From Chiloscyllium plagiosum (taxonomy: Eukaryota): 64,000 nucleotides of DNA. The DNA lies in contig NC_057717.1 of the NCBI RefSeq assembly GCF_004010195.1, positions 103,612,631-103,676,630 of the forward strand, given 5' to 3'. Under the pieces are notes generated by a model that worked only from the letters and a program-made list of their open reading frames with translations, ran no database searches and was not told the origin of the DNA. Below, piece after piece: positions 36,326 to 49,938 of this stretch (position 1 is its first letter; every line of letters begins with the position of its first letter). Position numbers and translations under genes: made by a program.

Positions 36326-36694
36326 TGTCACACTCAACATGTTGGCACACAGTGAGGCTGATGGTGTAGTGGCATTGTCACTGCTATGGTGATCCAGAAG
36401 ACCTGCCCAATGCTCTGGGGATCTAGGCTCAAGCCCCAACATCATAGTTGCAGTTTTTAAACCCAATAAAAATAAGGCCCATCTTTGAGGGGTAAAACTG
36501 TCAAATGAACCCTACTGCTTCAAGCTGCCTTCTTAGTTTTAAAATGGAGCTCCATACAAGCAGTACTTTCAGTTCCAAGTATTGTTTTTTTTTAATGAAC
36601 TGGGTTTATTCCTCACTCTACTTCTGCCCAGCTGAATGGCTGAGATTAAAAGCAACATTGGCGAGTAGGCGAGGTCCTTGTTAACCTTGTCTCT

Positions 36695-37412
36695 AATTCA
36701 CAGCGTAAACAATCTCTCCATCGACATCAGCAAAACAAAGGAGCTGGTCATTGACTTCAGGAAGTGGATTGGAGGGCACGCCCATCTCTGTATCAATGGT
36801 GCTGAGGTGGAGGTGGTCCGGAGCGTCAGGTTCCTGGGAGTGATGATCACCAACAATCTGTCCAGGTCCACCCATGTCAACGCAACGGTCAAGGAAGCAC
36901 TACCACGCCTCTCCTTCCTCAGGAGGCTACGGAAATTCAGCATGTCCTCTTACCGAAAGTCCTGTGTGGATGCAGAATGGTGTGGTTTGGCAACTGTTCT
37001 TCCCAAGACCGTGAGACACTGCAGAGAGCGGTGAACACAGCCCAGTCCATCACACGAACCAGCCTCTCATCCACTGACTCCACCTACACTCCCCACTGCC
37101 TCGGGAAAGCAGCCCAACATCATCAAAGACCTGATGATACTCTCTTCCATCGGGCAGGAGATACAAAGGTTTAAACACACTGACAAATACATTCAATAAT
37201 GGCTTCTTCCTCACTGTTATCGGACTTTTGAATGGACCTCTCAAATATTAATGATGATCTCTCTCTCTGCACCTTCTCTGCGGCTGTAACAATGTATTCT
37301 GCGCTGTGTTCTGCTGCCCCGATGTACTTTGTGTGGTAAGATCTGCCCCGTAGAGCACGCAAACAAACACTTTTCACTGTATATTGGTACACGAGACAAC
37401 AATAAATCAACC
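36695..37412 (+). mobile_element. Rex1/Babar-type LINE 3' fragment
   Basis: ORF 36678..37034 encodes NNLSIDISKTKELVIDFRK..INGAEVEVV..RFLGVMITNNLS..H....VK.A..RLSFLRRLRKF; aataaatcaa tail. Confidence 0.85.
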
Positions 37413-38882
37413 AATGGATCAATCTGAGCAGGAGAATGACCTTACTGGCACACTTTTAAAGAGTATAAACCTGGGACCAGACTCGCTCACATTCACCAAA
37501 AGGTGTGTGCCTCCGAACAGGTATTTTGCCCCTAACCCCCAACACCAGTTACCTGCTCCGGATACCCCTGTTGGTCAGTCAGTACTGCAGTGGTCAATAA
37601 CCTTACACTCTGCTCGGAAACATTGAGAAACCATCCCCATCACGCTGTGTCTAACATTCCCTTATCGGCATCAGTTGGCATTATCCCATTAAGCCTCCAG
37701 TAGCACATTAACAATTACAATGTTGTCACTGATTCTCAACTCATCTCTCATTTAATTACCAGGATATTAGAGTTGCAGACTGAATACAAACTAGGCAGGG
37801 GATGGTAGATTCCTGCAGAACCAAAGAGGTATGGTTCATGTCAAAGAGAAATCTGAATTTCTATGGTGCCTATCCCCACCTCAGGATGTCTGAAAGTGCT
37901 TTAAAATCAACTAAGGCATTGTTCAATGGCAGTTTTTGTTAGAATGTAGGAACCCCAACAGCGGGTTTCTACCCTGCAATGCACTAACCCCAAAGCCATC
38001 TGCTGGTTTAGTTGTTGGTTGAAGGACAAATATTGGTTAGGACTCTAGGAAGAGCTTAATTCCGTGCCAAAACCAGTTTGATAAGAACATAAGAACCAGG
38101 AGCAGGAGTAGGCCGCCTGGCCCCTCGAGCCCACTCCGCCTTTCAATAAGATCACGGCTAATCTTTTCATGGATTCAGCTCCACTTACCCTCCCTCTCAC
38201 CATAACCCTTAATTCCTTTACTGTTCAAAAATCTATCTTTGCCTTAAAAACACTCAACGAGGAAGCCTCAACTGCTTCACTGGGCAGGGATTACCATAGA
38301 TTCATAACCCTCTGGGTGAAGACGTTCCTCCTCAGATCAGTCCTAAATCTTATTTTGAGGCTATGCCCCCGAGTTCTAGTTTCACACCCCACCCCAGTGG
38401 AAACAACATCCTTGCTTCTATCCTTTATATGTTTCTGTAATTATTCTAAATTCCAATGTGTCTAGGCCCAGTCTACTCATTATAAACACTCCTGGATTTA
38501 CGGTGTAGTTAACATTCAGCTCATTTCCTCTTAAAACAAAAATGGGTAGGGATGAATATGTAATTAATTGTGTTTCTGTAAAAGCCAGTGCCTGTTTTTA
38601 GAATAAGGCTCAGTTTTAGGAAGTGAATTGGCTTCATTTTAAAACAACGAGGGTGTAGAAAGAACAATAAGAAATATGATCAAGGCGACAGGCAAGATGG
38701 TGGGTGAGCCAGAGAGTGTAACAACTGAAGTTCTGACTGGAAATCAGATGGTGACAAGCCTGTCTGGTTAACCACAATCGTTGACTTCATCGTAAGACCT
38801 TTAACTCAGTCCTTCTCCTTACAGAAAGAGTCATTCGCTGCTTCTTTCGTTTTTGCTGTAACCAGTGCCTGTACATTTCATT

Positions 38883-39296
38883 GCTGAAAATGTGTTGCTG
38901 GAAAAGCGCAGCAGGTCAGGCAGCGTCCGAGGAGCAGGAAAGTCAACATTTCGGACTGAAACCCTTCTTCAGGACTGGGGAGGGGGAGGGGGAGGGAGCC
39001 CAGAAGTAAATGGTGGGGGATGGTGATAAGTGGATGCAGGTATTGTGATTGGTCAGTGGTGAAGGGTGGGACTGATAGGTGAGAATCACTATCATCATTA
39101 GACTCCCAATTCCGGGTTCTTACTGAATTCAAATTCCACCTGGCCCCAGGGTTATGCTCTTTCCTCATTCCTGAGGAAGGGCTCATGCCCGAAACATCGA
39201 TTCTCCTGTTCCTTGGATGCTGCCTGACCTGCTGCACTTTTCCAGCAACACATTTTCGGCTCTGATCTCCAGCATCTGCAGCCCTCACTTTCTCCT
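38883..39296. mobile_element. Composite family B PLE-derived insert with 14-bp TSD
   Basis: ctgtacatttcatt at 38869-38882 and 39297-39310; hammerhead motifs at 38941-38976(-) and 39167-39202(+). Confidence 0.85.
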
Positions 39297-41489
39297 CTGT
39301 ACATTTCATTCCTGATAATAAGATGGGGCTGATAGGATTGATCAGGTGACAAAGCAGATGAACTTTTGAAGGAATGCAGAGGTGGCTGGAAATATCCACA
39401 CCCCTGCCTGCAGCTGCACACTGCCTGAATCCTGGGACCCCAGGCGTATCTCATCATGGTTTGGAGTCAGAGCGGTGCTGGAAGTCAGAGTCAATAGATG
39501 AGGTGCTGGATGAGCACGGCAGGTCAGGCAGCGTCCGAGGAGCAGGAAAGTCAACATTTCGGACTGAAACCCTTCTTCAGGACTGGGGAGGGGGAGGGAG
39601 CCCAGAAGTAAATGGTGGGGGATGGTGATGAGTGGATGCAGGTATTGTGATTGGTCAGTGGTGAAGGGTGGAACTGATAGGTGAGTATCACTGTCATCAT
39701 TCGACTCCCAATTCCAGATTCTTTCTGAATTCAAATTCCACCTGGCCCCAGGGTTATGCTCCTTATGAAGTCAGGCCCTTCCCCAGACTGACTGACTCAA
39801 ACCCAAGCCCTCAGAGTTTACCTGGGCTCTCTGGATTAATAAGGTAAAAACAATGACTGCAGATGCTGGAAACCAGATTCTGGATCAGTGGTGCTGGAAG
39901 AGCACAGCAGTTCAGGCAGCATCCAAGGAGCTTCGAAATACACCAGCAAGCCATCTTTTTGCAAATTCTTTCAGCTAGGTGTGTGATGGGGCAGGTTCAG
40001 CCTGGCGCTTGAACGGGCGAGATTAACACATGATCTGTAACCTGGCTACGATTAATCGGTTCGGCTGACCTGCCTATTGAACACATCCGATAGGGGGAGG
40101 TGGGGCACGGTGGCTTTCTACAAACAGCATGTTGAACTACAGGCTGTGGATGAAAAGCAGTGCTGACTCGTCCTAGATGTACTGAGGTGAGAGGTGTTTC
40201 CCTTGGCCCTTGGCCACAGTGAAGAGAATGAGAGCGTGTGAGGTTTGGCCAGATGTAACTGTGGTCAAAGGAACGAGACAAGTCATCGAGGTGATGAATG
40301 TGACCAGGTTGGGTGCATCAAGTCCAGAGCAGGCATTGCTGAGATGCTGTGGTCAATAACTGAACTTATGATTCATTCTCGTTTGACACCCTTGCAAATA
40401 AAAAGGCCTTTTTGTCTGATCATCCTCTGCTTTTACCTCTGTCATCAAAACCATTCTTAAGTCAGTCACTGGCAGCATCAGAATTCGATCTTGGAATAAA
40501 TAAACATTTTATCTGAAAATACATACTGAAACCTTTTGGAATAACAATAAATGAAAGCTCCATCCGGACATCCAAAGTGAAGGTTGGATCCCAAGGCGGG
40601 GTTCGTGAGCTGTAACTTTGGGCTCATTTACCCCAAAGGCAGTGACGAGAGAGCTCAGTCTGAGTTATAACACCATGTCTCATACAGACAGACAGATCCT
40701 GCTCTGACAGGTCACCACTGCCCCTTCACCAAAGCCCTCCTTCCCACTGCCCATCCCAGTATCCCCACCCAAGCCTCCCATTCACTGACAGAACGTGACA
40801 ATTTCCATCCTGGGTCCTGGTGAGAAACAGTTCGGGAGGAGTTGGTCTGGAGAGAGAAAGGAAGTAGGTACCATCCTGACTCAGAAATATATCACCACTC
40901 GTTCAGTGTCACTGGGTCAAAATCCAGAAACTCCCTCCCTGAGGGCACTGTGGTCGTATCAACATCCCAAGGACTGCAGTGTTTCAAGAAGGTCACTTTT
41001 TCCAGGGCCATTAGGGACGGCCCAGCCAGTTAACCCCCACATCCCGTGAGCAAATAAAAACAAATAACAAATGAAATATTAGCTGCGATCGAACAGTGGA
41101 ACAGTGGAATTAAGCCAATGGGCCAAATGGATTAATTCTGCTCCTGTGTCTTATGGTTAAAAATAAATAATCTCAACTACAGAATGGTGGAAGCAAAACA
41201 CAAATTTGTCCCCCCCTTTTAAGGAGGAAACATTTTTAAAAATGTGTGCTGTGATTTAACTGTGATCTCAGTAATTGCATGATAGGACTCTGCTGGAAGG
41301 TCTGAAACCTTTCCAGCTCAGACCATCCTGCATTGCAGCCCTAACATATATATAAATGCTGTTTAAAAAACACTGAAAAGGCTGACCTGAGCTAATACAA
41401 CGAACAAAAGGACCTTTCTATCATCCCAAGTCCAATTATAAATCCCAGTTCCCATCTCAACTAACTCAAAAAAGATTCAGAGTGCTTTA

Positions 41490-43692
41490 TTCAGTTGAAT
41501 AAAGGGAACTATGGAGCTATGAGGGAGGAGCTGGCCAAAGTTCAATGGTGCAATACCTTAGCCGGGATGACTGTGGAGGAACAATGGCGGATATTTCTGG
41601 GTATAATGCAGAAGATGCAGGATGAGTTCATTCCAAAAAGGAAGAAAGATCCTAGGAGGAGGCATGGGTGGCCATGGCTGACGAGGGAAGTTAAGAAACA
41701 TATAAAGTCAAAAGAGAAAAAGTATAACATAGGAAAGATAAGTGGGAAAACGGAGGACTGGGAATCTTTTAAAGAACAACAGAGGATTACTAAGAAGGAA
41801 ATACGCAGAGAAAAAATGAGGTATGAAGGTAAACTGGCCAAAAATATAAAGGAGGATAGTAAAAGCTTTTTGAGGTATGTGAAAGGCAAAAAAATAGTTA
41901 AGACTAAAATTGGGCCCTTGAAGACAGAAACAGGGGAATATATTACGGGGAACAAAGAAATGGCAGAAGAGTTGAATTGGTACTTCTGATCTGTGTTCAC
42001 TGGGGAAGACACAAGCAATCTCCCTGAGGTAACAGTGGCTGGAGGACCTGAACTTAAGGGAATTTATATTTGCCAGGAATTGGTGTTGGAGAGACTGTTA
42101 AGTCTGAAGGTTGATAAGTCCCCGAGGCCCGATGGTCTACATCCCAGGGTACTGAAGGAGGTGGCTCGAGAAATCGTGGATGCGTTGGTGACTTTTTTCC
42201 AGAGTTCGATAGATTCAGGATCATTTCCTCCCGATTGGAGGGTGGCTAATGTTGTACCACTTTTTAAGAAAGGAGCGAGATAGAAAGCAGGAAATTATAG
42301 ACCAGTTAGTCTGACCTCAGTGGTGGGAAAGATGCTAGAGTCTATTATAAAGGATGAAATTACGACACATCTGGATAGCAGTAACAGGATAGGTCAGAGT
42401 CAGCACGGATTTATGAAGGGGAAATCATGCTTGAGTAATTTCTGGAATTATTTAAGGATGTAACTCTGAGGATGGACAAGGGAGATCCAGTGGATGTAGA
42501 GTACCTGGACTTTCAGAAAGCCATTGATAAAGTCCACATAGGAGGTTAGTGAGCAAAATTAGGGCGCATGGTATTAGGGGCAAAATACTGACTTGCATTG
42601 AAAGTTGCTTGGCTGACAGGAAACAAAGAGTAGTGATAAATGGCTCCTTTTCGGAATGGTAGACGGTGACCAGTGGGGTACCGCAGGGATCAGTGCTGGG
42701 ACCGCAACCTTTTACAATATATATTAATGATATAGAAGATGGTATTAATAGTAACATTAGCAAATTTGCTGATGATACAAAGCTGGGGGGCAGGGTGAAA
42801 TGTGAGGAGGATGTTAGGAGATTACAGGGTGACCTGGACAGGTAAGGTGAGTGGTCAGATGTATGGCAGATGTAGTTTAATGTGGATAAATGTATGGTTA
42901 TCCACTTTGGTGGCAAGAACAGGAAGGCAGATTACTACCTAAATGGAATCAACTTTGGAAAAGGGGCAGTACAAAGAGATCTGGGTGTTCTTGTACACCA
43001 GTCAATGAAGGTAAGCATGCAGGTACAGCAGGTAGTGAAGAAGGCTAATAGCTTGCTGGCCTTCATAACAAGAGGGATTGAGTATAGAAGAAAAGAGGTT
43101 CTTCTGCAGCTGTACAGGGCCCTGGTGAGACTACATCTGGAGTACTATGTGCAGTTCTGGTCTCCAAATTTGAGGAAAGACATTCTGGCTATTGAGGGAG
43201 TGCAGTGTAGGTTCACAACGTCAATTCCTGGAATGGCGGGACTACCTTACACTGAAAGACTGGAGTGACTGGGCTTGTATACCCTTGAGTTTAGAAGACT
43301 GAGAGGGGATCTGATTGAGACCATAAGATTATTAAAGGATTGGACACTCTGGAGGCAGGAAACATGTTTCCGCTGATGGGTGAGTCCCGAACCAGAGGAC
43401 ACAGCTTAAAAATACGGGGTAGACCATTTAGGACAGAGATGAGGAGAAATTTCTTCACCCAGAGAGTGGTGGCTGTGTGGAATGCTCTGCCCCAGAGGGC
43501 AGTGGAGGCCCAGTCTCTGGATTCGTTTAAGAAAGAGTTGGATAGAGCTCTCAAGGATAGTGGAATCAAGGGTTATGGGGATAAGGCAGGAACAGGATAC
43601 TGATTAAGGATGATCAGCCATGATCATATTGAATGGTGGTGCAGGCTCGAGGGGCTGAATGGCCTACTCCTGCACCTATTGTCTATTGTCTA
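41490..43692 (+). mobile_element. 5'-truncated CR1 LINE, 2.2 kb, with few disabling changes in ORF2
   Basis: Consecutive ORFs 41495..41989, 41993..42283, 42882..43268 and 43340..43603; QGSVLGP and FADDTK RT motifs; (ctattgt)n tail. Confidence 0.95.
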
Positions 43693-44064
43693 CCTGTTCT
43701 GTCCGAACCAGTGCACCTTCAGTATCGAAGACCACATCAGTTCTTCAACCTTTGGACTAAGGTGTCAATAAAATAATTATCTGCATAAAATTAAACAATT
43801 CAATCCATTGGATCAATGGTGACAGGGGTGGGGTCATGTGGGAACGTCTGAAATGATCTACCCCAGAGAGTTGTGGAGGCTAGGTCACTGAAACTATTTA
43901 AAGAGGATAGCTTTCTGAAATAACGGGCAGTTGAGGTCTAGGACTAACTGGCATGGGAGAGGAGGTGAGGCTGGGGGCAGATCAGTCATGGTCTGGTTGA
44001 ATGATGGGGCAGGCTTGAGGGACTGAATGGCCTATTCCAATTATCTCCATCTCAAGATAATTAG

Positions 44065-44956
44065 GACAAAGAAAAAAGAAAATTTACAGCCCAGGAACAG
44101 GCCCTTCGGCCCTCCAAGCCTGAGCCGATCCAAATGTACTGTCTAAACATGTCGGTCAATTCCTAAGCATCTGTATCCCTCTGCTCCCCACCTACTCATG
44201 CATCTGTCCAGACACATCTTAAATGAATCTACCGTGCCTGCCTCTGCCACCTCTGCTGGCAACGTGTTCCAGACAACCACCACCCTCTGTGTGCCGTGTG
44301 TATCCCCCTTAAACTTTCCATCTCTCACGTTGAAAGCGTGACCTCTCATTATTGAATCCCTCACCCTGGGAAAAAGTTTTTCTCTATCCACCCTGTCTAT
44401 ACCCTTCATGATTTTGTGAACCTCAATCAGGTCCCCCCTCAATCTCCTTTTTTCTAATGAAAATAAACCTAACCCCTCTTCATAGCTAGCACCTTCCATA
44501 CCAGGCAACATCCTAGTAAACCTGCTCTGCATCCTCTCCAAAGCGTCCACATCCTTTTGGTAATGTGGTGACCAGAACTGTACATAGTATTCTAAACACG
44601 GCCGAACCAATGTCTTGTACAATTTTAACATGACCTGCCAGCTCTTATACTCAATACCCCGTCCAATGAAGGCAAGCAGACCATATGCCTTCTTGACCAC
44701 TCTATCCACCTGAGCAGCAACCTTCAGGGTACAATGGACCTGCACTTCCAGATTTCTCTGCCCATCAACTTTTCCCAAGGCCCTTCCATTTACAATATAG
44801 TTTGCTCCAGAATTAGACTTCCCAAAATGCATCACCTCATTTGCCCAGATTGAACTCCATCTGCCACTTCCCCACCCAACTCTCCAGTCTATCTATATCC
44901 TCCTGTATTCTCTGACAGTCCTTTATGCTTTCTGCTACTCCACCAACCTTCGTGCC
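44065..44956 (-). mobile_element. CR1 LINE 3' fragment (ttctttg-tail subfamily)
   Basis: ORF 44143..44835 is a 230-aa CR1 ORF2 C-terminus; same subfamily as 9541-9835. Confidence 0.92.
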
Positions 44957-47154
44957 ATAATTAGCTTGTGCATGCATCAGTGTGTCCTACTGACTGTGGG
45001 GTCATACGTGCAAGAACGGGAGACTTGGCAAGAAGGGGCTTGTGATCGTACGAACATGTGCACATCAGAATCAGGAGGCCATTCAGCCCTTCGAGCCTGC
45101 TTCACCACTCAACAAGGTTCGTGGCTTATCTGACTGTAACCTCAAATCCCCATTTCCACCTGAACCTGAGAACATTTCTTTAACAAGACCTTTTCTTTCT
45201 GTGGTGTCACTGGTGTAAATCGGGAAGAAAAGCAGCTCAGCATGTTAATCCGAAAGTACCCTGACAGTACAGGGCTTGGACTGGCCAAACAGTTAACTCA
45301 GAGAGAGGAAGGAGCTCTGATAAAGATATCAGACTTTGATTGGCTGTTTTTTGTTTGTTCTAAGAAATCAATGCATCAAAAACTACTTTAAAATAGCACC
45401 ACAGGGGGTCAATCAACCTTTTGCTAAATTGTGTGCACACTTGAGTGAGAATAATCCAAGGCAAGCAAGTCAAATGTTGCAAAGGGTCTTGGACGAATAA
45501 TAACTGTTTTCAAAGAGGAAGGACCATATTAGGTGCGAACTGAAGTTTCTCAATTTGCACCTTGCGTTGTTACAACCTTCCTTCGGCAGTTCAAAGTTAT
45601 TGCATCGCACAGGCACACCACACCAAAACATCTCTCTATACGCTCTATTTCCCACCAGAAACCACCAACAGCAGTAAAAGAGTTGCACTCTCAACATATG
45701 CAGCAACTTAATTGCATCCTGACAGAGTTAGCGGAACCAAAATAAAAACACACTCATTCAGCCGTTGAGAGTTGACTTAAAAGTGACAAGTCAGACCTGG
45801 TGGTGAGAGCAAAATAATCGATTGCCATAAACACCCACAGCAGCTCCAGTGAAGGGCCTTTACTGTAATCCCGCTCTACGCTGCTAATGAGGAGAAATGA
45901 TTGACTCAATCTGCTGGGAATACAAGGTGGAATCTCGTTGCGATATTTCACCCAGCCTTGCCAATCTGTGAAAAGAGCTCCCAGTCTGAATGGAGTGTCT
46001 TCCTTTTATATTCATTTTGTGGGATGTGGGTGTCACTGGCCAGGCCCAGCATTTATTGCCTGTCTCTAGCTGCCCCTGGAGAAGATGGTGGTGATCTGCC
46101 TTTTTGAACCGCTGCAGGGTGTGGAGGGGCAGTGCTGTTAGGGAGGGAGTTCCTATATTTTGACCCAGAGTCACCAAAGGAACGGCGATATATTTCCCAA
46201 GTCAAGGTGGTGAGTGGCTTGGAGGGGAACTTGCAGGGGGTGGTGTTCCCCTTGTCTGCTGCCCTTGTCCCTCTAGATGGAAGTGGTTATGGGTTTGGAT
46301 GGTGCTATTTCTGGACGTTTGATGAATTGCGGAGCATCATGTACACACTACTGCTACTGAGCATCAGTGGTAGAGAGAGTGGATACCCGTGCTGCAGATT
46401 TTGTTCCCTAACAGCACGGTATGAGCCCGAGGGACCACAACAGCTCAGGAAGGCAACTTACCACAACCTTCTCCAGAACAATCAAGGACAGACAATAAAT
46501 GCTGGGCCCAGCCAGCGACATCTACGTCCCATTAACAAATATTTTTAAAAAGTTGAAGATCTGCATTAAAAGCAGGAGATCAGCAGGTCTGGCAGCAACT
46601 TTGCAGAGAGAGAGAGAGAGAGAGAGACTGAGTTAACATTTCAGGTCAGCGACCTTTCTTCAGATAGTGAAATGTTAAATGTGGAATGTGAGCAATAAAG
46701 AGTGGGATTCCTTTTTTGAAACAAAAATGACCTTCAGGGAGAGGGGTGACTCTGACCAACCCCATTGGTTGGCTATTCCTCAGGTGTCCTGGTAACACAA
46801 CATCGTAACAGCACCAAAGGTGTTGGGGGATGGGGACACTTCACCCATTGTGTCTCTGCTAGCCCTCTGAAAGACCATTGTGCCACTCTTCGGCCTCTTT
46901 CTCTGTACCCTTCCTTGTTCCTCCTTCCTTTCTCGATAGGAAGTCAACTCCCCTCTGTGTTTTGTAATTGAACTCTGTCCCCAGCAAGCTCTTGGGGAGG
47001 GGTAGGGGGGGAAGCTTTCTCGATCTCGCTGAGTGAAGACTGCTTTCCCCTGTGTCTCCATCCCTTCCATTGCCACCCAATCCCATGCTCCCAGCCTATC
47101 CCCATGACCCTGCCTTGACCCTGCCTTGACCTTGACCCACACATCCCTAAGGAG

Positions 47155-47723
47155 ACTTGCTTTCAATGCTCAGAGCTTTTGAGCACAGGAGCTGGGACAT
47201 TGTGTTGAGGTTGTTTGGAATGTTGATGAGGCATCTTTTGGAGTACCGCATACAATTTTGGTCACCCTGCTACAGGAAGGATATTATTAAATTGGAGAGG
47301 GTTCAGAAAAGCTTTACCAGGATGTTGCCTGGAATTGAGGGTTTGAGTTATAAGGGAACGTTGGGACTTTTTTCACTGGAGCAGGGGAAGTTGAAAGGTG
47401 ACCACATAGAGCTTTATAAAATCATGAGAGGCATAGGTAAAGTGAATGACAATCATCTTTTTCCTAGGTTGGGGGAGTTCAAAAGTAGGGTGCATTTCTT
47501 TGAGGTGAGAGGTGAAATATTTAAAAAGCTCTTGACGTGCAACTGTTTTGCACAGAGGGTGGTTTATATGTGGAATGAACTGCCTGAGGAAGTGGTAGAT
47601 GCAGGTATAGTTACAATATTTAGACACAGACATGAATAAGAAAGGTTTAGAGGGATCTGGGCCTTGTTTTAATTTGGGAACCCTGGTTAGCATGGATGGG
47701 TCTGTTTCCATGCCGCATGACTC
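47155..47723 (+). mobile_element. CR1 LINE 3' fragment followed by an HE1-like SINE relic (47725-47880, -)
   Basis: ORF 47157..47639 encodes a CR1 C-terminus. Confidence 0.88.
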
Positions 47724-48890
47724 TAATCCACCCTAACCTGCATACCTTTGGACTGAGGGAGCAAACTGGAGCACCCGACAGAAACAGGAAGAATGTGCAA
47801 ACTCTACACAATCACCCAAAGGTGGAATCAAACCCACGTCCCTGGTGTCGTGAGACAGTAGTGCTGACCACCGAGGCACCCTGTCTATCCCTCTTTAAAA
47901 GGTATTCAGTTGGGTTTTTGCTTACAGACTTTCACAGTGACATTGTGTGGTTCAGACACAGAAACTTCCAGATCTATTGTAGAAACATACAATACAAAAG
48001 AGGATCTTCAACCCACAAAGTGGGCACTGCCAACATAATACAACTACCTCCACTCATCCCACCTTCCCACACTTGCCCCACAAACTGAATCTTGTGACAT
48101 TTCAGGTGTTCATCCGAGTACTTTTTAAAGGTTGTGAGATTTCTTGCCTCAACTACTGTCCCTGGCACGGCATTCCAGATTCCCATCATCCTCTGGGTGG
48201 AAACACTATGCCTCAAATCCCTGCTCAACTTCCTGACTGAGTTGCAAATCTCATCCTGGTTGCCAGTCCAACACAAAAGTCCTTATTTCACTGCCCTATG
48301 ACTGAATAAACCAGTTCCCTACAACCTTAGAAACAGACATCCCTCAGAGCATCTCATACACGAACAGTTGCTGGGTAACTCAGAACTGAAACATGCCCAG
48401 AAACAGAGGCATGTTGCCAGGCATCTGCTTTTACACTCATCAGGACCCACCCTAGAATGCCACAGGAGAAAAGGATGCTGATTGGTTGGTTCGTCAGCCC
48501 TGATTGGACAACTAACAAATGATTGAGACTAAATCCGTTGTGCTTGTGTCAGCTCATCTATATTGGCTTGAAGCTTGCTCCAGGAGCAAAAGGAATATAT
48601 TCAGTTATTGCACTTAATGAGCGACCCAGAAATATGTGGAGCCTATATAACGCACATTGCTTTCTACATAGCAATGCCTCAGCCAATCAGCACTCCTTCC
48701 CTTGTGTGATATAAATTGTTGCGATTGTTTGAAATTTGGAATTCTTGCGTTTGTCCTGATAAGCATAGACAGAGAGCTTCAATGAAACATCTCTTTGATT
48801 TAATCTAATAGATTCTATAAGATAACTAATCGGGCCATTAACTGAAACAAAAATATTGTTTAATATGCCAAAAGGTAACAGGGTAGCAAT

Positions 48891-49539
48891 TGTGATGATG
48901 CTGTAACTTTAAGAGGTGTGTATTATCCTGGTTTCTTTTAGAGAGAGATTGGTGGACAGATAGTGAGTGGTCTATGAGAAGGAAAACAACTTGTGAGGCC
49001 TTGGGGACTCTTTTTTAAGTTGGAACAATAGAAGCAGCCTGACTGGGTGTGTTCAAGTTTTCCTAAATCCAGGATTTTTTGAATTAGCTTTCAATAGTTA
49101 TTGCTGAGGTCTCAGCAGGGTTGGAAGGCAGTGAATCTGTCCTGGCTGCTACTCTCTCTCTCTCCAAATTGTCTTTTGATTTTCCCTCCTCCTAGATTGG
49201 AGAACTGCATGTGAGATAATCTGTTTTCTGAATTTTCCTTTTTGCCAGAGGGTGTGTTTATGGGATGTTACTCTATTGGAACAGTTAATTATAAACAGTT
49301 ACTATATCTATTATTCTGTTAAGTTTTCCAGTAGAGTTGTTATTTCAAGTTCCTCTTTGTTTCGTTGTATTTTAACTACAGTGTTTAAATAAATTGTGTC
49401 TGGCTTAACCTCAAGTGGCTTGACCAATTGAATTGCTTCTGGAATATTACACCTTACATTTACTTTTAAAACGAGGAAAGGTTATGGTCTAGGCTATCTT
49501 CTCAATATATTTTTAGGAGGACTGTTCTGGTCCATAACA
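48891..49539 (+). mobile_element. Solo LTR, about 650 bp
   Basis: TGTGATG...CATAACA near-inverted ends, caat/caag imperfect 4-bp flanks, internal aataaa; second copy at 9.4-10.3 kb. Confidence 0.65.
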
Positions 49540-49743
49540 CAAGCAATAATCGTAAAGGACAGTATCAGGAGATTTGTAATTTCAGGATGTCATTGGCTGG
49601 ACCAGCATTGGTTCCCAATTCCTCTTTGCCATTGAGAAGATGATAGCAGGCTGACTTCCTCCCACAATGTTATTCATTCCTCCCAGGACTGAGCACATCA
49701 CTGGACAGGCCAGCATTTGTTGCTTGTCCTTAATTGAACTGAG

Positions 49744-49938
49744 TCAAAAAGTGTGGCGCTGGAAAAGCACAGCCGGTCAGGCAGCATCCAAGGAGCAGGA
49801 GAGTCAACAGTTCAGGCAGAAGCCCTCCATCAGGAAGCCTTTCATCAGCTTCCTCGGATGCTGCCTGACCGGCTGCGCTTTTCCAGCGTCGCACTTTTCG
49901 ACTCTGACTCTCCACCATCTTCAGTCCTCATTTTCTCC
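49744..49938. mobile_element. Family B PLE-derived inverted-pair insert with 14-bp TSD
   Basis: ttaattgaactgag at 49730-49743 and ttaattgcactgag at 49939-49952. Confidence 0.8.

Noticed and set aside
41490..43692. Active or domesticated reverse transcriptase gene
   Set aside because: 5'-truncated, with in-frame stops (for example 41987 and 42281) and frameshifts.
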